NCBI GenBank assembly: GCA_012295275.1
Contig: CM022672.1
Location: 19,530,001-19,594,000, forward strand
Length of the DNA stretch: 64,000 bases
Direction of reading: 5' to 3'
Source: Chrysomallon squamiferum
Taxonomy: Eukaryota; Animalia; Mollusca
Shown: piece by piece, positions 52,900 to 64,000 of the stretch
Layout: each line of letters starts with the position of its first letter
Numbering within the stretch: the first letter of the stretch is position 1
Program-made: the position numbers and the translations under genes
Notes under the pieces: generated by a model
Seen by the model: the letters and a program-made list of their open reading frames with translations, nothing else
What the model was told of the DNA's origin: nothing
Database searches by the model: none

Positions 52900-54044
52900 A
52901 GATGGGCTGATTATAGAAAAAATAAGAAGAAAAAACTTCTTGAATAACACATAGCAATCCAAGTACTTGAGGATTTTTGTCAAGAAGTATGGTTTTATTA
53001 TATGACTTATTTTCCTGGGTATCAGTGGGAGCAATATTGTTTATAATATTTTGGTCCATTTCTAATGTGCTTTGAAATAAATGGAAATAAGTTATAAAAA
53101 AAACCAATAAAATATTAAAAAACTCAAACGTTCTCCCCACATCTTGAATATCATATAGTAATTTATAAGTAATCCTGGAACTTGAGGATTTTTATTGAAA
53201 AACATGGTCTGTGACTTATTCTGCTTGGGTATCAATGGGGGCAGAATTGTTTACAGTAATCTAATTATTTTATAATTTGGTTTGGGGTCCACTACTAACG
53301 TGCTTTGAAATAAATGGAGATAAGTTATAGGACGCACTGTAATCCAAGCACACTCAGAGATTTATGTTAAAAGCTTGGTCTTGTTTCCGTGGATATTGCC
53401 GGGGGAGCAATGTCATTTGATGGCCTGATTATAATAATCTAATCACTTTAATCTGTCATTGTTGAAGTTTGGCCCATTAATAACCAGCACTGATAGCACA
53501 GGAAGTACTGTTACTAGATGGCACGATTATAGAGAAACATCCTCAGTAGAACATAGCAATCCAAGAACTTTAATCTTTCGTGGATTTTGTCAAAGGCTTG
53601 GTCATGACCGATGTGCTTTGATATACAATAATACATTAATCTTAAGCCTCATTGAGTCGGCATTAGAAGTTGTCTTTTAAGATATTTCGGTTATAGAATA
53701 ACGTCTTGAAAAGAACATAGAAATCCAAGAACTTTAGTGGATTTTGTCAGAGGCTTGTCCATGGCTGATGTGCTTGGATATATAAACACATTAATCATTG
53801 TCACCTTAACTAAAGCAGTCTCCTAGGATCTTCTGATTGCAGGCGAGTAAACAATTGGGTAACATTAACATACAGTAATCTAAATATTGTAATCTTCCAT
53901 GGAGTTTTTGTCACAGTTTGGTCCATGACCGATAAGCTTGGATGTATTTCAGAATATTAATCTTTGTAATTAAGGACAGATTTAATAATAATAATAATGA
54001 AAATAATAATAATAATGAAATAAATAATAATAATGATAATAGTA

Positions 54045-54104
<60 letters not shown>

Positions 54105-54520
54105 GTAGTAGTAATAATAGTAATAATAATAATAGTAGTAGCAGCAGCAGCAACAACAACAATAACGCAATAAATAATAATAAATATAGAAATAAACCCA
54201 GCAAAATCTCTTGAACATCACCCAGTGATTTGAATATTTTAATCTGTAATGGACTTTGTGTGAGACTGGTCCCTGTTTGATGTGCTAGGATACCTAAACA
54301 CATTAATCCATACCCAAGTAATGGCCACTAAATAAGAAGGAAGAGATTATCTTCTCAGGTTGATTATAAAAAAACTAATAATAAAAAAAAAATTAAAATC
54401 ATTTTTTTTTTAAATCCTAGTAATCTAAGTACTCTAATCTGTCATAGAGGTTCTTTTTTCTCTGCTTTGTCCATGACTGGTATATTTAAACACATTAAAT
54501 GTTCTTACACCATTATCTGT
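52900..54520. repeat. Old degenerate tandem array, about 8 units of 150-220 bp
   Basis: Recurring core CATAGCAATCCAAG(A/T)ACTT..GGATTTTGTCA..GCTTGGTC(C)ATGAC near 52950, 53170, 53340, 53550, 53715, 53870, 54215 and 54415, interrupted by an (AAT)n tract. Confidence 0.7.
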
Positions 54521-54722
54521 TAAATAAGTGGTCATTTGAAACAGCCTTCTCAGTTGATATGATAAAAAGAAGAAAATAATTGTCTCAAATAACAATTTAA
54601 GTACACAAAGTGTAATGACCTTTCTTTGTTAAAGAGCTTTTGTTTAAGTATTATTTTTTGGATACAGACATATGTTTCAAAAATTTTTATTCAGTAAATT
54701 GATTGATTGATTGATTGATTGA

Positions 54723-54773
<51 letters not shown>

Positions 54774-57594
54774 TATTATTTGTTTTATGATAATAGGTTA
54801 AACAATTTTGTATAAATGGATGGATTTTTTTCCACGGAACACACATCTCAATACAGTGGGACTGTTTCTACCTGGATTAGCCCACAAATCTTCTCCAACC
54901 TGTTTTATTTCTGTTGGACTTTATAACGTAGGATGTTATTTACAGCGTGAGAGGGTAAAAGCTTATGAATATAAAGTTATAAACCAGTGGGGCTAAGTCA
55001 TAAAACAGGGGTTTGTTTACCAATGCTGTACCGAGATTCTTATCGGGCACTGCGAAAAAGCTGAGTTAAGAGTGTACTAAAGTGAAAGATTAAACACATA
55101 CTACATTCAAATAGTGTTTGTGAATCGAGGTTAATTTACTGACACAGCTGTAGTTTATACTTGCAAAAAATATTATAGTATATTTACTAATATATGTTTT
55201 GAAAGATTAAAAATATTGTATTTAGGTAGTCTTTATGAACAAAGGTTCATCCGGTAATTTATTATCACTATAATATTACAATAAAGAAGCTAATATATAT
55301 ATATATATATGTATGTATGTATATGTATATAATATTGAAAAATTAAACATTTTACCTAATATAGTTTTTGTGAACTAGGGTTAATTTTGTTAACAGTTAA
55401 AATATTAAAATACAACATTTATACAAATACTTTTCATGTTTAAAAATAATAAATGTTAAATTCTTCATTGTCTGAATCTGATGGTTGTTTTATATATTTG
55501 TATATATCACTTAAGTAAGTGACTGAGCTGTAACATAACTGATATATGATACATTATGGATAAATCTACTTCATTCGTCCTTTCCAGCTATTGCTCTAAA
55601 CAGTTGTTTATGAAAAATCATGATAACAATTCCTGGTTTGTTGGAAATTTTACATTACAGATACCCTGTATCCCATCTTTTAAGACTAGTGTCATCAAAT
55701 TTCCTTGTCCATTTTAAATATCCTTATATCTTCATAATCTCTGAAGGTTAATGGACCTAACATTGGATGCCAGCTCTAGACATTGTTAGTGTGTCAGTAA
55801 GTTAAAATGGAGGATTTAGATGTCGTAGATCTTGCTCATTTAGGTCTTGGTAGGAGTTAATAATGGAATGCAGTCTGAGTGACTATCTGTATTAAGGTTA
55901 ATGACATAACAGGTGCTTGAACTAAGGTTGTTGCAAATTTCTTTTCTCTGGCTATTATTATATACTGAGAGGAAAAAAATCTGACTTAATAAAGAGTTAA
56001 TACTTCCTGTATTTAATTATTTATGTGTATATATATTAACTAAATGATCTTAATAATAATCATAAAGTCTTTTTGAGAACCTTCAACAGGCATATATGTG
56101 TGGGTGGGTGTGTTGATGTGTTAATTACAGACTTTTAATTATTTTATTTTCTTGTGTTGGTTAGAAGGGAAATTCAAGCAAAAGAAGCACCAATGAAAAT
56201 AGATCATGCGGTCATTTATTCGTTTGTTATTGTTAAATATCTTTCATGAGCTATAATTCTGTTGACTAAAGACAGTTAGTATTGTGAACTCAGTTTTACT
56301 CGTATCTTTAAAGAAAAATGATTTCAAAATTATTTTTTAGCCCTTGTTTTATGAGTATTGAGAACAAATATAAAAGGTTGTGTATTGTGAAACATTTCAG
56401 AGACACAACAGGACAAAAAGACAGTCTTTGTTATTTCTATTTAGTAGTGATAAACAAGGATTAATGAGAATATATATAATGTTACTGTTTCTGTTTAATT
56501 GTTTCTAATAATTTAATCAGAAACTGTACATTTTAAAACTCGTGGCTCTTTCTGTTAAAGTGTAAAAATACAAATAAATTTGTTATTGAATACACAGAGT
56601 AAAAAAAATGTCAAGAATTTCTGTTGTTACAAATAGTTACATTAATCCACATCGATCATTACTAAACTTGAATTATGGATGATATCATTATTTTCCAGCC
56701 CTATTTTATATCTCTCTAATGTTTTTGAGATGTTTCCAAGACTTTTAATATGTCACTGTCCTATCGGTTAATGCTCCAGTACTGTAATTATTTCTCTTTC
56801 AGAAAAAGAGTCACAGATTTTTAAAAAACAAATTTGTTTAGCTCAGCATTTTCCAAAACACAGACTAGTTTAGTTGTGTTAATATTAATGTGAGTAACAT
56901 GACTTAATGTTCGCTTGGATTGTGCACATTCAGTTAAATAAGAAATGAACATAATTTGTTTTTGATCGAAAAAAAAAAAAATATATATATATATATATAT
57001 GTATATGTATTTTGTATAATTATTATTAGAGGGAATAAACTTAATGCTGTCTTCTTCAGTTATGTTAGTTGTTCTTCTGAATTAACAGATAGGGATGTTT
57101 TACATACTGCATCTGATATGGAGGAAAGAACCTAGCTGTAGCCACAGATAAACTGGAGAGAGGTATTTAGTCATGTATAGTCTCTTGGAAAGCTGAGATG
57201 TATCATACCCTTTGATGAAACAGGGTTTAAATTGGGATCTTGCTCTGCAGGTGCCCCATTAGGAATGATACATACCACAGCCTTTGAGGAATTGGATGCA
57301 GAAGAATGGTTGGAATGGAATCTAGCCCTACAGATGAACTTGGAAGGATCAATGCCATACCAATGCCTTTGATGAATCAGATATGGAGCACGGGTTTGGA
57401 TTGGGAAATAGTGTGGTGGAAGCACCAAGGAGGATTGATCTTGTGACAGATGCTATTTCAAACCTGCCATTTATTACTGAACTGTAGCTTGTAAAGACAC
57501 ATGTCTGGTCACACATAGATCAGAGTTTATGTGTTCACTAAATTATTGCAACAGTGCTCTTGAAAATGTAATCTAAAGCTTTGAAAAAAAAAGG

Positions 57595-57595
<1 letters not shown>

Positions 57596-57682
<87 letters not shown>

Positions 57683-57705
57683 CTCTCTCTTTCTTCTCTC
57701 TCTCT
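57596..57705. repeat. (CT)n microsatellite
   Basis: Seen directly. Confidence 0.95.
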
Positions 57706-60700
57706 GTTTTTTTCTTTAATAGCTAACCCTGACATTGTGAAACATTATGAAGAACATAATGAGCTACACTTTGTAGGGAAAGATAAATGTTAACATACTG
57801 ATACGTTGATATATTTGAACACGGCAGAGTTAAGAGGGTTTTATTTTTTACTTTTGGAGAGGTTATGTTTTCCTCTAGTTTTTAACTGCTTGTCGTTTTA
57901 AAAACCTAACAAATTGGCGTACAGAGCAACAAACATAAAAGAACAATAAATTAGGAACAAAGACAAAAAAGATTGTTCTGGAAATAATCAAACAAGCAAA
58001 TGTAACTGGTGAACATTTTTTTTTTATTATTGGTTTATTTTTTTTTTTTTTTTTTAATTAAAATGAATTAGTACATATTAAAAATTAAAAAAAAAAGAAA
58101 AATAGAATGAAAACAAAAATACACCACTGGGTATGAAATCCCCCCTTTAACAACAAAGAAATAAACAATGTGTGTTAATACATGTGTGTGTGTGTGTGTG
58201 TGTGCTATTGAATCAACAATATTTAAGTTCAAAAAGATTTCAACTTGAATATATCTTGAACTTCCACAATACATATTCATCACATCTTTTAACTGTAACG
58301 ATACCTTTTACTTGTATTTTATATACATATATATATATATATTTTTTTTTTTATAGAGAACATCTCTTTAATGATTTTCTTTTTCCAGATAAACGTGAAT
58401 CAGCGGCCTGTATTAACTTACTTACAGTATACCGAAAACACCGAAAGAGTTTAAAAATAGCCCGTATTTATTAGTATCCAAGTTGGAAAGCAGTGTGTTA
58501 AAACCATGAAGGTGGCTTAGGTAACTTATCAGCGTATACACTTGAACTCCTTTTGTGTTTCCTCCATTAGCTTATTACATACAGGCAGCTACTGGTATGG
58601 TGATATATAATACAGGCTGTTTAATACACACTCTATGGTAATATATGCACACATACACATGTATACATATTTAATATGAGCAATAACCCATTTTAATATC
58701 TATATATATATATATATCCATTTTAATACATAGATACATACATACATCCTTAATTTCAGTATACAAACAACCATATTATAATATATATATATAAATCCTA
58801 AATGTTTTAGTATACATACATCCTTTGTTTAATATACATATATATCCCTTCATACTGAAACTTTCATTCATTTTTTTTTTTTTTTTAAAACAAGGACTGA
58901 AATAACAAAAATTAATAAACATACAGATACAAATGAATGAATGAATAAATAAATAAATATCAGATGCATTCTGAACTGACTACAGCATGATTGAAAATCT
59001 AATTTTTTTTAGCATTTTTTAAAATTTATTTTACTTATTAATAAATTTATATTGTTAACAGTTTTTATAAAAACACTAGAAAAGTTATTATTTTTAAAAG
59101 AAAACAATAGAAGACAAGTCACCAATAAGAGCAGACATCTTGGGGAAAAAAAAAAAAAATCCAACCCAACCCAACCCAACCCTTACCCTACCAAAAACAG
59201 AAACAAGAAAAAAAAAATCTCATGTTAAAGCAGTGATATGAATCTTAAGTGATCAGATTATTACCATTTTTTTTTTTTTTTTGTGATATTTTGACAGGTT
59301 TTATTTGCCTCCTCATTCATTACATTCATAAGACAAGCAGATTTATACAACCATTAGCAACTGTTCTCAGTGCGAGAAGACTCTAACTGTCAGAAATAAC
59401 TTGTCAGTCAGCGGGTTCAAAGTCATTAATGTCATCATGTGACCATAATCATCCTATCAGTCTCTCTCTTAACAGTCACTGTTCACAGAGTGGGCTATTT
59501 CCTGTTCCAGAATGGCCTCCTCGACTGATTTGTATATATATATATATATATATAAAAACAAAAAATCTTTGTTTTGCGTTTTTCCTGTCTGTGAGAAGGT
59601 GTGTGAAATAAAATCACTTTTTGCTAATGTCTGAGTTTTGCTTGTCAAGATTTAAGACTTTTTTTCCTTCTAATTGTAATTGTACAGAAAGATTGTATTT
59701 TACACTTAACAGTAAAATTTTCAATAATTTGTCTGATCATTCATTATTTGTGCATCATCAAAAAATCTGCATGATACCAAATAAATTTTGTTTTAAAATG
59801 TGTTATTAATTTTTATTTATTTCATTATTCCTTTATAATGAAACAAAAAAAATGGAAAATAAGGAAAACAATTTGTCAAAATGTATTTCTTCAAAATTGT
59901 TAAAGAAATCGTCATAATCACTGTGTTTGTTTATTTTTTAAAAACTGCATCATTAAAAGCAGTAACATGTTGTTTCTTGCTGGGTTTGTTTTTCTACAAC
60001 AGCTGGCAAATAAATATTCAAGTAAATTGCAATTTTATTATAAAGAAACTTATAAAGAAGTGAATTTTAAAGAAATCTTAGCTAGCAGTTCTAAAGAATA
60101 ATTGGCATGCATGCTACAAAACATTTGAGACAGACTGTTGACTTTTTATAAAGAACACATCAGGTCTGGAATAAATGGATTTGACAGATTTCGCCTGAAG
60201 ACATTTCTGATATGTTAAGTGAATATAGCGGCACATTTTTAATTTCACATTAAAACATGCACTCAATGGTTATTTCTTTTTAACTCAGTGATCCAGTTAT
60301 TTGTTGTGCTATATCTCTTACATCCATACACCATGTACTTATAGTTCTTTCACAAAAAACTCCAAAACAAAACAAATGAAAACAGATACAAACAGTATAC
60401 GTATATTTCTCAAGAATTGATTTTTTTTTTTTGGTCTTTAGAATTTATAACTAATATCATAATAGTACCATAAGTAATAAATTAATAATCATAACATTAA
60501 TAATAAATTGATAATAATAATAATAATAAATTAAAATTAATAATAATAGTAGTAAAATTATTATTAATATTATTAATAAACAGTCCATCGACAGTTATCT
60601 ATCTAAGCATACCTTTACATTCACATTCACACGCACACATTATGTAAATTATTTCATAATGTGCTGAAGGTGTGGCTAAACAAAGCCTACAGGTTAATTG

Positions 60701-61299
60701 CAGGTTTATTTTTCAATAGAAGTATCTCAGTCTTGCAACTTTGAAGTTGCACAAATCAGTCTCTTTCAGGTCTTATACAGACAACAGTGTGTAACTTGAG
60801 CAGTGTGGTTTTTGTTAAAGTTAAAAATATAACCAATAACCACGGTTGTTATTTTTGTAAATAGTTGGCTATAACAGGCTTTAGCAACAAAGGTAATATT
60901 GGCTATAACAGGCATTAGCGACAAAGGTAATAATGACAGGAAATAAGCATGTAATTTTAACCTGCAGTAGATGTGACTAATTATATATTAAATGAAAGAA
61001 AGGTTTGTGTGTGGACATACACGTTTACATGAACAGTGTTTTATCTGTAATGGTCATTTACATCATTATTATTACTAAAGGTAATTAGAGTAAAAAATAA
61101 TAAAGGGTAGGATGATTGGCAGTATGCTTATACTCAACAGTGTGTATAAAAAATGTTTCAGGTGGTCAGGGATGATTGTTTGACTCAAATTTTGATCAAG
61201 ATTTAATAAAGTCTGATCTTTAGCTGATATTTGCCAGTGTCTAGATGACTAACACATCTCATTTTCTTTCCAATTCTGTGAAAATTATTTCCAGAAAAT

Positions 61300-62235
61300 C
61301 TTCCAAACAACTCCATCTTTGTTCTAAGTAAAGAATACATTGTCATTCCATACACTATACATTTTAGAAGGAATAATGCAAATGCAGCAGCAGATTTCAT
61401 CAAAAGCACCTATTGTTATGGTCTAGTATCCAGTGCATTGAAAGCAGCTGTTGATGCTGACCCAGCCAGTACATTTAGGAAACTCAGATGGGCAATTCAT
61501 TGTTAGTCTCCTGACTGTGAAATGGAAAGGATTCCCAATGTGTCAAAGATTGCAAAATAGGTTCCACATGACCTGTGAGCAGAAAATTTCAGAACTGGAA
61601 TACTTAGCATCACTGCTTTCCATTTGGCTTCAGGTGCCTTTTTTAGGTCAGAGTCATTACAAGAGATAAAAAGAGGACATTTTGCCACAATATTACTTGG
61701 AGGCATTCTTCTGGGTGTATGGTGGATGTGCAAGGGTTATATTTTTGTTGAGGTGTTGCATGATAATCAAACAAACACTTCCAAAGTTTACTGCCAACAG
61801 TTAAGGCATTTAAAAGCAGTTTGGTCAAAAAACTTTCATCTTTAAAAAAGGGAGAGATTCCTTCACCATGATAATGCACAGCCCCATATTGCAGGAATGA
61901 CCAAAGATCAGGAACAATTTAACTGGGAATTAATGCTTCTGTCACCATATTCCCTGGACCTAGCTCATTCCTGTTACCGTTGTGAAACATTCACAACACC
62001 ATCTGGATGTTGTTGAGTAACTTCAATAAAAGAGGATGATAATAAATTTGTCTCATATTTCAGATCAAAATGGAAATAATTTTATACAGCAGACATTAAA
62101 AAGCTTGTTTGCAGACGTCATAAAGTTTTTGAAAATAACGGCGTCTGTATTGATGATTAGAGACATTTCTATTAATTACCATTTTATTTTAACTGTCAGT
62201 GAAGAAACTGGACACAGTTTTCATTACCACCTGAT
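61300..62235 (+). mobile_element. Decayed mariner (DD34D-type) transposon relic
   Basis: Fragmented transposase: NNANAAA..Y HTH start, LLGVWWMCKG..YCQQL, LHHDNAQPH (61861) and SPYSLDLAHSCY. Right-end-like GGACACAGTTTTCATTACCACCTGAT followed by TA. Confidence 0.85.
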
Positions 62236-63106
62236 TATATATGATACGTGTGTGTGGTGTGTTTAATAAGACTCCCTGCTTAGTATCTGCAGTACATTTA
62301 ATGACCACTGTAGTGGTCATGATTTTCACCTGCCACAGTATATTGAGTTGTAATAGAATATTTTGTGTATCAGTGATCTAATTTGATGCCTGGCTATTGT
62401 CTGCAAATATCATAGTTCAGATCTTAGCCATTAATATATATATATACTGGGTTAGAAACAAGTTTATAGCATTTTATAGTGAAATTAAAGAAAATATTTA
62501 GAAATATGTACACACAAATTTATTCAACCACCTATGTGCCATTTTGTTCATCATTCAGAATATGTACATCTATTTCATATATTTCAATCATGTGTAAAAC
62601 AAAATCACATCCTTAAATACCACTTACTGAAAAAATGCAGCAAATTTCAAATCTTTGTTCCTATCCTATATAAAATATATCCTTTTTTGGAAATAAAAAA
62701 ATGTAATGGGTTCATTTGATTTCAACAGAGGGTTATCTTTATATTATTTGTGTGGTTGTTAACCGTACTGTTGTAAATAAAAAAAATAAAAAAAATAAAA
62801 AAAAAAAAAAAAAAAAAAAAAATGCTTTTAATATTTCACGTTCACTTTTTCCTAGTAACACAATTTGTTAAAGAATGCGCCTTATAATTTATTCTGCCTT
62901 CAATCTTGATGCGAACATTCTGACAGAAAAGTGTGTTTTTCTTCCTGGTTTTTTAAGCGTAGGTAATTTTTAAACACCAGTGCTGGGTTACATACAAGAT
63001 CAGAAAATGCTGGTTAGCAGAGCACTTGACAGAAGTGGTGCTGTGTGTTTGGTTATTAGTTTATGTATGGGACGCACAAACACCCACAAATTATTAATAG
63101 TTTGGT

Positions 63107-63113
63107 TACTATT

Positions 63114-63144
<31 letters not shown>

Positions 63145-63150
63145 TTTTTA

Positions 63151-63189
<39 letters not shown>

Positions 63190-63192
63190 TTT

Positions 63193-63261
<69 letters not shown>

Positions 63262-63300
63262 TTATACTTTTTTATTATTATTATTTATTATATATATATT
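63107..63300. repeat. (ATT)n low-complexity tract (similar tracts at 37166-37222, 38090-38240, 53983-54185, 54725-54780)
   Basis: Seen directly; source of the poly-I/L/Y/N ORFs. Confidence 0.95.
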
Positions 63301-63869
63301 CCAAGGTTCTGGTTTTCTTCATTTTTTACAGGTTTTTTTTCAAAAACACTTATTATTTTTTTATCATATTCATGATATTGTTTACTTTGTTGTAAATCTC
63401 AGGTTACGACCTTTACTTTTCATTTTTTCCCCATCTTTCACTCAAATTCTTTATCTCTTACTCTTGTTCCTTTACCTTTCGTTAATGTTTATGAGTTCTT
63501 TTCTGTCTTTCCATTATTCATTATTTTTTCCACACTTCACTGCAAATTTTGCTGTCAAATTTTTTCTTTTGCAGATTTATTTCTCTTTTGTTTTTGTTTT
63601 TTTTCATTTTCTCACTGACTCTTTTTGTCTGTCTCTCTTTACTTTTCTTTTTCCCTCCCTTCTCTTCTTTTTCTTTCTCTCTTTCTTGCATGGACACACT
63701 TGTACATTAGATGCTCATAATTTACTCACATACATACAGACATGCACCCATGTACCAAGTACTAAGATGCTGAAAGCATTCCTCAAGTAATCACATGGAC
63801 CTGAAATACACTTAGAAAACTATACTAATATATCATCTCCAGATTTAAACATTCATGCATCTATCCAAT

Positions 63870-64000
63870 ATGAAACACTTCATTGAACCTACAAAACAAT
63901 ATGAAAGATTTTTGCACCTACAAAACAGTATGAAACATTTTAGCACCTACTAACCAAAATGAAAAAAATCTTTAACCTGTATGAAACATTTTTTCACCTG
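63870..64000. repeat. About 29-30 bp minisatellite TATGAAACATTTT..CACCTACAAAACA, continuing past the window end
   Basis: Four to five degenerate copies are visible. Confidence 0.7.

Noticed and set aside
53911-54303. Long poly-Leu/Asn/Tyr ORFs here and similar low-complexity ORFs at 13364, 29047, 38078, 41129-41890, 48673-48920, 57538 and 62980-63790
   Set aside because: Translations of microsatellites or low-complexity DNA with no splice or homology support.
57100-57480. GC-richer segment with 85-aa ORF (57171-57428, -)
   Set aside because: No recognisable protein motif or splice frame; probably an old repeat fragment that I cannot classify.

Overview
AT-rich, microsatellite-rich animal genomic DNA with spliceosomal introns. 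It is probably a lophotrochozoan or mollusc (inferred from protein style, not proven). I assembled exons by hand from GT-AG sites and reading frames. The gene-dense left part holds peroxiredoxin-6 exon 1 (-), a complete 16-exon RalGDS/RGL Ral-GEF (+), a UPF0449/C19orf25 homolog (+), NFKBIL1 (-), and an uncharacterised four-repeat CaaX protein (+) whose exon 2 needs a +1 frame change at CTC-TGA-T. Next is a secreted protein with two Ly6/three-finger-like and two ShK-like domains (+). From about 43 kb there is a promoter and signal-peptide exon of an unidentified gene, followed by a long intron containing minisatellites and a dead mariner. The main leads are proto-MHC-paralogon microsynteny, the frameshift site (assembly indel, recoding or rescue by alternative splicing), the LU+ShK fusion, candidate regulated cassette exons and a microexon, tandem duplications of splice sites, and nested transposons. 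All gene models are manual and not verified by RNA data.
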